This document shows positions 10,939 to 19,573 of a stretch of DNA of 64,000 nucleotides, in pieces. The DNA is taken from assembly GCA_031551755.1 (NCBI GenBank), contig JAVBNE010000006.1, forward strand, positions 56,737 to 120,736, read 5' to 3'. Made by a program: the position numbers and the translations under genes. Positions within the stretch are counted from its first letter, which is position 1. Each line of letters starts with the position of its first letter. This DNA comes from Cellulomonadaceae bacterium. GTDB taxonomy: Bacteria > Actinomycetota > Actinomycetes > Actinomycetales > Cellulomonadaceae. A model generated the notes under the pieces. It saw only the letters and a list, made by a program, of their open reading frames with translations, did no database searches and was not told where the DNA came from.

Positions 10939-11192
10939 ATGCACCGGTGCTTTTCTCAGTTTTCACCCCGGACAAGGGCGTTTGCCCAGGTCAAATGCAC
11001 AGAGTGATGTGGAGTAGATCCTGGACGACACCCCGACGATTGTCCGCGCAGGTATCGGATGCCCGATTCGCGTTTCACGGGCCCGATGAGCGGCAAAGCC
11101 GCGCCGCCCGGACCTCGAATGCCCGGTGGAGAGAGGTGGAGCGGGACTGTCGCTTACGCTCGAATCACGAGGCTCAGCCCAGTCGGGCTGAG

Positions 11193-12254
11193 ATGATCCG
11201 GCGTCCTGACCACGGAGGTACCGTGCTCCCCGAGATCGCTCCCAGTACCACCAGGCACGTCGAGATCGAAGACGAAGGACTCGACGGACTCGTCGCCGTA
11301 ATGGATCGCGTCCGAGCCGGGATCGAAAGCGTCATCACGGGTCGCCCGAACGTCGTCCATGCGACCGTCGCGGTGCTCCTCGCTCAAGGGCATCTCCTCA
11401 TCGAGGACGTCCCCGGTGTGGGAAAAACCACTCTCGCGAAGGCGTTGGCACGCACGATCGACTGCCGGGTCGGGCGGATCCAGTTCACGCCCGACCTGCT
11501 GCCCAGTGACCTCACCGGTGTGAACATCTACCGGTCCGCGACCCAGGAGTTCGAGTTCCGGCCTGGACCGGTGTTCGCGAACGTCGTGATCGGCGACGAG
11601 ATAAACCGGGCTTCGCCCAAGACCCAGTCGGCTCTCCTGGAATGCATGGAGGAAGCCCAGACGACCGTGGACGGGACCACCCATGCCCTTCCCCAGCCGT
11701 TCTTGGTGGTCGCCACCCAGAATCCGGTTGAGATGGGCGGCACTTATCCGTTGCCGGAAGCTCAACGGGACCGGTTCATGGCCCGGCTCACCGTCGGTTA
11801 CCCGGACATAGACGCCGAACTCGCGATGCTCGATCGACAGGGGTCCGCGGATCCGCTGAGCCAGCTCAGCCCGATCACCGACGGCGCGACAATTCTGCGC
11901 TTCGGCGATCAGGTGCGCACGATCCATGCCTCAAGGGCCGTCAAGCAGTATGTTCTGGCACTCATCGCAGCAACGCGGACGAACCCGAGCCTGCGCCTGG
12001 GGGCATCACCTCGAACGTCCTTGCAGTTGCTCAGAGCGGCCCGTGCCGTGGCCGCGCTGGCCGGCCGCGACCATGTCCTGCCCGATGACGTCCAGTATCT
12101 GGCTGAACCCGTCCTGGCCCACCGCCTGGTCCTCACCAGTGAGGCTCGCCTGACCGGCCAGGACGAGCAGTCGATCGTCGCAGAGATCGTCGCAGAGACT
12201 CCGCTGCCCGCGACTCCTCGTGATGAACCTGCACGTCCGAGGCTCCTGACATGA
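11193..12254 (+). CDS. MoxR-family AAA+ ATPase
   Basis: GHLLIEDVPGVGKTTLAKALA (Walker A), FANVVIGDEINRASPKTQSALLE (Walker B region) and VVATQNP. The start is ATG 11193, or GTG 11223 behind GGAGG. The long N-terminal extension in the track overlaps mraZ and is rejected. Confidence 0.85.
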   Translation: MIRRPDHGGTVLPEIAPSTTRHVEIEDEGLDGLVAVMDRVRAGIESVITGRPNVVHATVAVLLAQGHLLIEDVPGVGKTTLAKALARTIDCRVGRIQFTPDLLPSDLTGVNIYRSATQEFEFRPGPVFANVVIGDEINRASPKTQSALLECMEEAQTTVDGTTHALPQPFLVVATQNPVEMGGTYPLPEAQRDRFMARLTVGYPDIDAELAMLDRQGSADPLSQLSPITDGATILRFGDQVRTIHASRAVKQYVLALIAATRTNPSLRLGASPRTSLQLLRAARAVAALAGRDHVLPDDVQYLAEPVLAHRLVLTSEARLTGQDEQSIVAEIVAETPLPATPRDEPARPRLLT

Positions 12255-13570
12255 ACGTCCGTCCGGACTCGGGCGTCTGGGAGCGCCTTCGCCGAAAGGC
12301 GCCCCGAAGACCAATCCGGCTCACACTTCGGGGTGGGTCGGTACTCGTCGGCGGAGTCGGCCTGGTCCTTTTGGGAATAGTGCTCGGCCTTCGGGATGTC
12401 GTCGGTATCGGCGCCGCCGGAGTGCTGGCGGTCGGTGGCTCGGCGGGGTGGCTCAGTCTGCGCCGACTCGACCGGGGACGGTCCGCGCTCCAGGTGTCCC
12501 GCCGGATCGAGCCGAACCCCAGCGTGCGCGGATCACGCATCCACGTAACCCTGAGCGTGGCCGCACGCCAACCGAACTCCACCACGCGGGTCCGTCTGGA
12601 CCGGCTCGAGATCGGCGAACAAGCTGATCCAGAACTCGGTTGCAGCGGTCGCCAGCGGGCCAAGATCACCGCTGAGCCGGACCGGATCTCAGTTCGCTTC
12701 CCGATCTCACCTACTCGGCGGGGTCGCTGGACACTCGGACCGCTCGCCACCGAGCGCACCGACCTCTTCGGTTTGGTCCGGGTCCGCCAGGATCTGGGCG
12801 GGATCAGCACGGTCGCCGTCTGGCCCCGAACCGTCGCACTGCCCATCGGGGGCTCCCAGGTGCTCGGCGAAGCGGAGCCCGCGACCGTCGGGGCTCGGCT
12901 CTCCTCGACCGAGGACACCACGGTGCGCGATTACGTTCCCGGGGACGACCCGCGCCGGGTCCACTGGGTCAGCGCAGCACGCCACGGCCAGCTCATGGTG
13001 CGCGCCGATGAGAGCGCCGGTCGGTCGGCGGTGACGGTTCTACTCGATTCCGGCCTGGTGCCCCCGACCCACCAGCGCGACTCGGACAACGACTGGGCCG
13101 TCGAATGCGCCGCATCCATCGCGCTGTCCTGCGCGCGGGCCGGGCACCCGGTTCGGATCATGGCGACCACCAAACACCCAATGGCCACCGTCAATCAGTA
13201 TGTGATGGGCCACGCCGGCGAAGACCTGGACCACATTCTCGATCAGACCCTCTCCATCCAACGACCGGCCACGCCCGCTGACGCTCAGGAAGCCTTCCTG
13301 GCCACCGCCGCCGTGCTGCGGGCGCATCGACGCCCCAACGAGATCCTGATAGGCGTCTTGGGGGGCCTGCGGCCCGTCGAAAGGGCTGCCCTGGGAGCCC
13401 TCGGGCGTAACGGCATCCGGTTGGCGCTGGTGGTCGACTCACCGACCGACCGCCGACCAGCCAGCTTAGAAGTCACCGGTGCTCTGCGGAATACGGGCTG
13501 GCGCGCGGTGATCATCCGTAACCGCAGCATCCCCGATGCGTGGCAACTCCTGATCGATTCGGCGAGCTGA
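12251..13570 (+). CDS. DUF58 domain protein (MoxR partner)
   Basis: N-terminal TM pair and the DUF58 core VRDYVPGDDPRRVHWVSAARHGQLMVRADE. It has an ATGA overlap with the MoxR stop. Confidence 0.8.
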   Translation: MNVRPDSGVWERLRRKAPRRPIRLTLRGGSVLVGGVGLVLLGIVLGLRDVVGIGAAGVLAVGGSAGWLSLRRLDRGRSALQVSRRIEPNPSVRGSRIHVTLSVAARQPNSTTRVRLDRLEIGEQADPELGCSGRQRAKITAEPDRISVRFPISPTRRGRWTLGPLATERTDLFGLVRVRQDLGGISTVAVWPRTVALPIGGSQVLGEAEPATVGARLSSTEDTTVRDYVPGDDPRRVHWVSAARHGQLMVRADESAGRSAVTVLLDSGLVPPTHQRDSDNDWAVECAASIALSCARAGHPVRIMATTKHPMATVNQYVMGHAGEDLDHILDQTLSIQRPATPADAQEAFLATAAVLRAHRRPNEILIGVLGGLRPVERAALGALGRNGIRLALVVDSPTDRRPASLEVTGALRNTGWRAVIIRNRSIPDAWQLLIDSAS

Positions 13571-15801
13571 TGCGAACCGAATCGAAGCAGTATTTCTATG
13601 ATCGTTGGCCGACGATCCTGGGGAGCAGCCTGTGCTTGGCGGGGGCCGCCATCGCCTCGCTTCATGCCCTAACCATCGTGATCGGCCCCGGGAGCTGGAC
13701 AGCCACGGGGACTTGGATGATCCTCCTCCTGGCCACAGTGACCGGTGGAGCACGCGTTCTGGCCAGCAGTACTCCCGGCGAAGCGAAATTGTGGCGCTCC
13801 CTCTGGCCCTCCTGCCTTGGGACGATCGTTGCGGCCTGGGTCCTGCTCGGAAACTACGGCGGACGATCGACGAGCTTCTCAGTGGCGATCGACTGGTCCT
13901 CGGTGAACCGCTTCCAGGACCGGATCGAATCAGCGCGTGGACTGATCCAGGACGGAGTCGCACCGGTAGACCCGGCGATACCGATCGCGGCCGTCGCCGT
14001 GGGCAGCACCACGCTGGCCTTCCTGCTGGCCGACGCCCTTGCCGGCGGTCTCCGGGCACCCGCACTCGCAGGCATTCCGTTGCTCGCTCTTTGGTTTCCA
14101 GGGCTCATCCTCTTCCGGCAGTTGCCACCGCTAGTCTTCATCGGCACTGTCGGCTGCCTGCTCGGCGCGCTGGCGTTCGACCATTCCCACCTCGGTCCCC
14201 GCAATCGACTACGAGGCCGAGTGGCCCGTCGGATGGCGGGTGTCCGGGGGGTCGCCGTGGCCGCTACCGCGACCGGCGTAGCGGTTGCCGCGCTCATCGT
14301 CGGTTCCGCGAGCGCGGGGGTGCCTGCCGTCCTCGGCACCGCCTGGGTTCGGATCTTCACCTCCCCCGGAGACGGTGTGGCACTCTCTGCCGATCTCGAC
14401 ATGCGACGCGACCTGTCCGAGCGCCAGAGCATGGTTCTCCTGACGTACCGGACCATGGGGCCGGACGTAGGCCCTTTGCGGGTGCTCACCCTGACCGGCT
14501 TCGACGGTACGAACTGGCGGCGCGGTGCCGATCGCACGGGTACGGACTTCGACGGCGATGAACTGTTGTGGCCTGATCCCAGGCCGGCCAAGGGCGAGGG
14601 CCTACAAGTGGATTTCACCGTGGAGGCGCTGCGCGACCGCAAACTCCCGCTGCCCACCGAACCCCGGTCGGTCGACGTCTCCGGCGACTGGTCGTATGAC
14701 GCGGTCCGCGACGAGGTGATCGGAAGCGAGTCCACACGGGCCGGCACCGAGTTCTCCGTGTTGGCCTACCCCCGGACCCTCACTGCTTCCGGTTTACGGA
14801 AGGCGGCCGGACCGGATCCTCTCGATCCCGCTTATCTCCAACTCGCCCGGACCGACCATGCCTCAGATGTCCGCGCGCGAGCAGTGGAGATCGTGGATGG
14901 CGCAACGAACCGATACGACCAGGCAGTCGCGCTTCAGGGGTATCTGCGAAACGCGGCGGTGTTCACCTACTCGACGACCGTCCCCCCGGCCAAGACCGAC
15001 GACGCCGTCTGGGATTTCCTGCAACAGCGCACCGGATACTGCGTTCAATTCGCTACCAGCATGACGATCATGGCTCGGTCGCTGGGGATTCCGGCGCGTC
15101 TCGCGGTCGGGTTCCTGCCCGGGACCGACAACGGCGACGGTCTCTTCACCGTGACCGGCCGAGACTCGCATGCCTGGCCGGAGTTGTACTTCCCGGATTA
15201 CGGATGGGTACGTTTCGAACCGACCCCCGCGCAACAGTCCGGCAGCGTGCCTTCGTGGGCGACCCCTCTCCTGTCGGGGCCTACGGGGGCCTTCGACCCA
15301 AGCCAGATACCGCAGGGCCGCGGCGATCAGGAGTCCTTCGACTCACCGGTCACCGGCGCGTCCCCCGTGGAGGCCCCGGTCGCGCAGGACCGCCCGGCGA
15401 CCTCATGGTGGTTGATCGCACCGCTCGCGGCGGCGGTCGTCGCCCTCTTGGGATTCACGGTGTGGCTCAGCCGCCGGCGCCCGGTCACACCTGACGGGGT
15501 TGAGGAAACCTGGCAGCGACTCCAGATCGGACTGACCGCACTGGGGGTCACGTGGCCTAAGTCAGCCACGCCGCGACAGGTTCCAGCACTGGTTGATCGC
15601 ACTCTGCTGACCCGGACGGGCGGCGAACTGCCCGAACCGGCGCACTCGGCGATGCGCGAGTTGGCTCACGCCGTCGAGGCCGAGCGATACCAGCGCTTCC
15701 CGGAACCCGTTACGCAAACCCAACTGGATCGGTTGTCGGCGAAAATCCTCGGGGAGACCGGTCAGTTGCTCGCGAACCGCCGTGAGCGCACGCCGTCGTA
15801 G
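13540..15801 (+). CDS. transglutaminase-like membrane protein
   Basis: Multi-TM N-terminal half plus a transglutaminase core (GYCVQFATSM...DSHAWPELYF...GWVRFEPTP, a Cys-His-Asp arrangement). The alternative start ATG 13570 overlaps the DUF58 stop by 1 nt. Confidence 0.8.
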   Translation: MATPDRFGELMRTESKQYFYDRWPTILGSSLCLAGAAIASLHALTIVIGPGSWTATGTWMILLLATVTGGARVLASSTPGEAKLWRSLWPSCLGTIVAAWVLLGNYGGRSTSFSVAIDWSSVNRFQDRIESARGLIQDGVAPVDPAIPIAAVAVGSTTLAFLLADALAGGLRAPALAGIPLLALWFPGLILFRQLPPLVFIGTVGCLLGALAFDHSHLGPRNRLRGRVARRMAGVRGVAVAATATGVAVAALIVGSASAGVPAVLGTAWVRIFTSPGDGVALSADLDMRRDLSERQSMVLLTYRTMGPDVGPLRVLTLTGFDGTNWRRGADRTGTDFDGDELLWPDPRPAKGEGLQVDFTVEALRDRKLPLPTEPRSVDVSGDWSYDAVRDEVIGSESTRAGTEFSVLAYPRTLTASGLRKAAGPDPLDPAYLQLARTDHASDVRARAVEIVDGATNRYDQAVALQGYLRNAAVFTYSTTVPPAKTDDAVWDFLQQRTGYCVQFATSMTIMARSLGIPARLAVGFLPGTDNGDGLFTVTGRDSHAWPELYFPDYGWVRFEPTPAQQSGSVPSWATPLLSGPTGAFDPSQIPQGRGDQESFDSPVTGASPVEAPVAQDRPATSWWLIAPLAAAVVALLGFTVWLSRRRPVTPDGVEETWQRLQIGLTALGVTWPKSATPRQVPALVDRTLLTRTGGELPEPAHSAMRELAHAVEAERYQRFPEPVTQTQLDRLSAKILGETGQLLANRRERTPS

Positions 15802-15820
15802 CAGCGCATGTTGCTGCTAC
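15798..15820. terminator. 8-bp hairpin between convergent genes
   Basis: GTAGCAGC-gcatgtt-GCTGCTAC. It starts inside the TAG stop of the transglutaminase gene. There is no T-tract, so strength is uncertain. Confidence 0.35.
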
Positions 15821-15865
15821 TCAACGCCCACCTTGTTCGCGTACTCAACGCCCACCTTGTTCGCG
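15818..15865. repeat. perfect 24-nt tandem duplication (2 copies)
   Basis: tactcaacgcccaccttgttcgcg occurs at 15818-15841 and again at 15842-15865. Copy 2 carries the last codons and the stop of the DUF3040 gene. Confidence 0.95.
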
Positions 15866-16261
15866 CCGACGGTCCCAACGTTGCTCAAGTCGTGCCATGA
15901 AACCCGGCCTGGCGGGCGACGACCCTTTTCTTGCGGACGATCCCTTGCGCTGTTTCGGACGGGTCTTGCCCTCGGCATCGACCGTGCCGACAGGGCCGCG
16001 GCGCGACCGTGGTGATTGGAAGGCGTAGACAACGCCGCCGAACATCAACACGAATCCGATGGCACCGAGCCATATACGGGATGTCGCTGCGCCGACGACA
16101 AGAAGGAGCAGGCCGACGACAACCGCCGCTCCCGCCAGGGCATAGTGGAATACCGGATGGCGCTTCGGCGACTGCAGCGTGTTCGCCAACCGCGGATCAT
16201 CCGAGGTCAGAGCCCGCTCCATTTGCTCCAGCACCCGCTGCTCGTACTCCGACAGAGGCAT
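15845..16261 (-). CDS. DUF3040 membrane protein
   Basis: MPLSEYEQRVLEQMERALTSDDPRLANTL is a typical DUF3040 N-terminus, followed by two TM helices. The start is placed at ATG 16261, behind GGAGG. Confidence 0.7.
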   Translation of the reverse strand: MPLSEYEQRVLEQMERALTSDDPRLANTLQSPKRHPVFHYALAGAAVVVGLLLLVVGAATSRIWLGAIGFVLMFGGVVYAFQSPRSRRGPVGTVDAEGKTRPKQRKGSSARKGSSPARPGFMARLEQRWDRRREQGGR

Positions 16262-16299
16262 CAGAACCTCCGTTCCTCCGCGGTGGCTAATTGACTCCA

Positions 16300-17559
16300 T
16301 CAGGATAGGTCCAGTTGCGCGACGGGGGTAGTCACACGGGTTCTCGCCGGGCCAAGGTCGATCGAATGTGTGCCAAATCGCCCACGAACCTCGTCCACCG
16401 CGGCTTCCACGCGCCGTCGCGCATCCCGGTTGCCGCTCGTGGCGTCCTCCAATGTGAGCTGCACGACCGACCGCTCCCGCTTCTCGATGCCCTCCGCTCG
16501 GACGCCGACGAGCCGCACGGGTAACCCCCTCAGGTCGACACTGGCAACAAGGTCCCGGGCAACGAGGTAGATCTCCCGCGCGAGGTCCGTCGGTGAGGCC
16601 AACGTCCGGGACCTCGTCAGTGTCCGGAAATCACTCGTGCGGACCTTGACACTGATCGTGCGTGCGACAAAGGAGTGCCGCCGAAGCCGGGACGCACACT
16701 TGTCGGCCAGCTGGAGTAACCGTCCCTCCACCACCGCCGGATCATCCGCATCCGAGCCGAACGTCGACTCCGCTCCGATGCTGCGCTCCGCACGTCCCGG
16801 ATCGACATGCCGCGGATCGCGCCCCCAGGCCAAGTCGTGGAGGTGTGCACCCGCCACCCGGCCGACCGCCGACTGGAGAACCGTCACGTCTGTGTCGGCC
16901 AGTTCGGCGACCGTCCGGATCCCCCACTTCTTGAGTACCTCCTCGGAACGCTCCCCCACACCCCACAGTGCACCAACGGGCAACGTCCGCAGGAACGACA
17001 CCGTGGCATCGGCAGGAATCAAAAGCAGGCCGTCCGGTTTGGCATGCGTGGAGGCGAGTTTCGCGACGAACTTATTACGCGCTATCCCAACCGAGCAGGT
17101 GATCCCGTGAGCCGCGTACACCCGCTCCCTGATCAGCGCACCGATCACAGTGGGGGGTCCAACCCGACGCCGCGCCCCGCTGACGTCCAGGAATGCCTCG
17201 TCCACGCTGATCTGCTCGACTATCGCGGTCACCTCGTTGAGGATGCCCATCACGGCCTTCGACACCACGTCGTACTGCCGGTGATCGGGCGGCACGATCA
17301 CCGCCTGCGGGCAGCGGCGAATCGCGACCGCCATCGGCATCGCCGAATGAACGCCGAAGGCCCGGGCCTCGTAGGTCGCCGCAAGGACGACACCGCGACC
17401 TGCGCCGCCCACAATCACCGGGCGACCGATCAGCTGGGGGCGACGGGCCAACTCGACCGAGGCGAAGAACGCATCCATATCGACGTGCAGGATGGAGCAT
17501 CCCAGTTCATCGCTGCCCCAATCCCGCCGCGCGAGTGGCGCGCGTGGCCCACGGCTCAT
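16300..17559 (-). CDS. dinB: DNA polymerase IV (Y-family)
   Basis: ILHVDMDAFFASVE...VIVGG...SVDEAFLDV... Y-family motifs, 419 aa. It has an ATGA overlap with the upstream small gene. Confidence 0.9.
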   Translation of the reverse strand: MSRGPRAPLARRDWGSDELGCSILHVDMDAFFASVELARRPQLIGRPVIVGGAGRGVVLAATYEARAFGVHSAMPMAVAIRRCPQAVIVPPDHRQYDVVSKAVMGILNEVTAIVEQISVDEAFLDVSGARRRVGPPTVIGALIRERVYAAHGITCSVGIARNKFVAKLASTHAKPDGLLLIPADATVSFLRTLPVGALWGVGERSEEVLKKWGIRTVAELADTDVTVLQSAVGRVAGAHLHDLAWGRDPRHVDPGRAERSIGAESTFGSDADDPAVVEGRLLQLADKCASRLRRHSFVARTISVKVRTSDFRTLTRSRTLASPTDLAREIYLVARDLVASVDLRGLPVRLVGVRAEGIEKRERSVVQLTLEDATSGNRDARRRVEAAVDEVRGRFGTHSIDLGPARTRVTTPVAQLDLS

Positions 17560-17993
17560 GACGCCGCCGAATGCAGCCGTGGCATGGCGACGAACCCGGC
17601 AGCCGGATCGACCACCATGGCAACCTCATCTCGGAAGTCCTCCGCGCATGCGAGGAGCTCATCGGCTCGTGCGGCATCAACGACGTCGAAACGACCCGCG
17701 TCGACCGCAGCCCGGAGCCGTGCACCGCTGGCGAAGTAGACCGACCAGGCAGCGAGCGCGGGCTCAGCGATCAGCAACTGGTCCCAGACGGATCGCGAGC
17801 GCCGACGCCCGTGCCCGACGCACCGCAGGGCAACGACCGCAGCGGCGGCCCGCAGCGCACCCAGATGGGCGTGCACGAACCGCTCCCCCGGTTCGCCGGC
17901 CAATCGAGCGGCCACCAGCTCCGCATCGGCGCGCCTCAGAAGCGCGACCGCGTCCGCTGATGCCCTGGGGCCCGCTGTTGCGTAGCTACTCAT
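17556..17993 (-). CDS. small alpha-helical protein, probably a SAV_6107-type HEPN-like protein
   Basis: 145 aa and Ala-rich, with RFVHAH (an Rx4H arrangement) and HLGALRAAAAVVA. The pattern and the dcw-proximal position match my memory of the SAV_6107 family. This was not verified by any search. Confidence 0.45.
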   Translation of the reverse strand: MSSYATAGPRASADAVALLRRADAELVAARLAGEPGERFVHAHLGALRAAAAVVALRCVGHGRRRSRSVWDQLLIAEPALAAWSVYFASGARLRAAVDAGRFDVVDAARADELLACAEDFRDEVAMVVDPAAGFVAMPRLHSAAS

Positions 17994-18014
17994 CTCGCAC
18001 CTCCAGCTCTACTA

Positions 18015-18030
18015 TCGAACATATGTTCGA
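18015..18030. promoter_or_regulatory. LexA SOS box (perfect palindrome) inside the promoter of the HEPN-like/dinB operon
   Basis: TCGAACATATGTTCGA matches the actinobacterial consensus TCGAAC-N4-GTTCGA exactly. On the minus strand it lies between TTGACA (18040-18035) and GATAGT (18016-18011), 18-35 nt upstream of ATG 17993. Confidence 0.8.
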
Positions 18031-18085
18031 TGTCTGTCAACGGCAACCGACCGGTTCGCTGCCGGGCTACCCGTACCGTGGACTC

Positions 18086-18985
18086 ATGGCCCGCGCCTCC
18101 CGGACTTCTCGACGCTCAGCATTTCGCGAGCCACCCACATCCCGGTCAACCCCTTGGCCGACCGGGGATGTGCCCACCTCGAGCGGCACGGTCCGGGTCG
18201 AACGCGATCTGGACCGACCCGACCTCGTCACCCTCTATGTCAACGGTGTGCCGAGTTCCGCACTGGACCTCGCCGATCCCGGCTTCCTGGCCTTCGAGTA
18301 CATGCAGCAGATGGCGGCCGTCCTCGACGCACTCCGGCCCGGGCCGCTCCACGCCGTACACCTCGGGGCCGGCGCTTGCGCCCTGGCTCGGTATGTCGAC
18401 CATGCCCGACCCGGTTCGCGGCAACTCGCGGTGGACCACGACACGCTGCTCACGGAGTTGGTGCGGACGTGGTTCGGGCTGCCGCGCTCCCCGTGGTTGC
18501 GGCTGCGCACCCAAGACGCCCGCGCCACCATCCAGAGCAGGCCACCGGCCTCGGCCGATGTAGTGATCCGCGACGCCTTCGTTCAGGACACCACACCCGC
18601 GCACCTGTCGACGACCGGGTTCGCCGACGACGTTCGGCGAGCCCTGCGCCCCGGTGGCCTCTACCTCGCCAACTGCGCTGATCGGCACGGACTCCTCGGC
18701 GTCCGGCGCGAAGTCGCCAGCATCGCAGCGGCCTGGGGGCCGGCGGCACCGTGGTCCGCTCTTGGCGTCATCGCCGAACCCGCGGTCCTCAAGGGCAGGC
18801 GTTATGGGAACGTCGTGGTGGTGGCGTCCGCGCCGGGCGGTGAACCGCTCGACCTGGCCGACCCCCGGATCGGGCGCGCACTGCGGTCGTTGGCGGTGCC
18901 CACGCGCATTCTGCTCGGCGACGAGGTCCGCGCCTTCGCGGGCAACGCACGGCCGTTCACCGATTCTTCCTCCGAACGCCCGTGA
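18086..18985 (+). CDS. spermidine-synthase-like SAM-dependent methyltransferase-fold protein
   Basis: HLGAGACALARY (glycine-rich SAM loop), VVIRDAF and LRPGGLYLAN resemble spermidine synthase-like proteins. The start is chosen at ATG 18086 and remains uncertain. Confidence 0.45.
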   Translation: MARASRTSRRSAFREPPTSRSTPWPTGDVPTSSGTVRVERDLDRPDLVTLYVNGVPSSALDLADPGFLAFEYMQQMAAVLDALRPGPLHAVHLGAGACALARYVDHARPGSRQLAVDHDTLLTELVRTWFGLPRSPWLRLRTQDARATIQSRPPASADVVIRDAFVQDTTPAHLSTTGFADDVRRALRPGGLYLANCADRHGLLGVRREVASIAAAWGPAAPWSALGVIAEPAVLKGRRYGNVVVVASAPGGEPLDLADPRIGRALRSLAVPTRILLGDEVRAFAGNARPFTDSSSERP

Positions 18986-19016
18986 GGGTCACACCCGAAT
19001 CGGATGTGACCCTCAC
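18982..19016. terminator. bidirectional hairpin terminator between convergent genes
   Basis: A perfect 12-bp stem GTGAGGGTCACA / TGTGACCCTCAC with an 11-nt loop that can pair further (CCG/CGG). It overlaps the TGA of the plus-strand gene and lies downstream of cspA. Confidence 0.6.
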
Positions 19017-19058
19017 GGTGCCGCACGGAACGGCGTGCTCGTCAATGACGAGCCATCA

Positions 19059-19262
19059 TCACAGCGGGCGGACGTTCTCCGCCTGCGGGCCCTTCGGACC
19101 CTGGCTGATCTCGAATTCGACGCGCTGCGCCTCGTCGAGAGTGCGGTACCCCTGGGTCTCGATCGCGGAGTAGTGAACGAAGACGTCTGTACCGCCGTCG
19201 TCCTGGGCGATGAACCCGTAGCCCTTTTCCGCGTTGAACCACTTCACAGAACCCTGCGCCAT
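19059..19262 (-). CDS. cspA: cold-shock protein (CspA family)
   Basis: 67 aa. [18 protein letters not shown]...DVFVHYSAI contains the RNP1 and RNP2 motifs. Confidence 0.95.
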   Translation of the reverse strand: MAQGSVKWFNAEKGYGFIAQDDGGTDVFVHYSAIETQGYRTLDEAQRVEFEISQGPKGPQAENVRPL

Positions 19263-19573
19263 CTGTCTTCCTCTGATCTTCCGTCCGTGACGGATATTGG
19301 CGAACGGACCCTTCGCCCGCTCTTCGAATCACCCCGGATAGCCGTGACGGCCGCCCGCGGAGACCGGTCCGGCAACACCGGTGGGCACCTCCGCGAACGA
19401 CCCTCAAATACCCACCCCACAAGGCTTGGACCAGGTATTTCCCAGGCGGTCATCCAGGACGACGCCGCCAGTGTGGCACGGACCCCCGGATACCCGCCAT
19501 GTCTAGGCCCCTACAATCGTCGCCAATGAGCGCGCGGAACCGGTTCACCCCCATTGACCGGTTGCGGAAGGGC

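Noticed and set aside
10665-11192. Long N-terminal extension of the MoxR ORF (529 aa in the track)
   Set aside because: The extension runs antisense through mraZ and the divergent promoter region. MoxR homology starts near 11193-11223, where an RBS is present.
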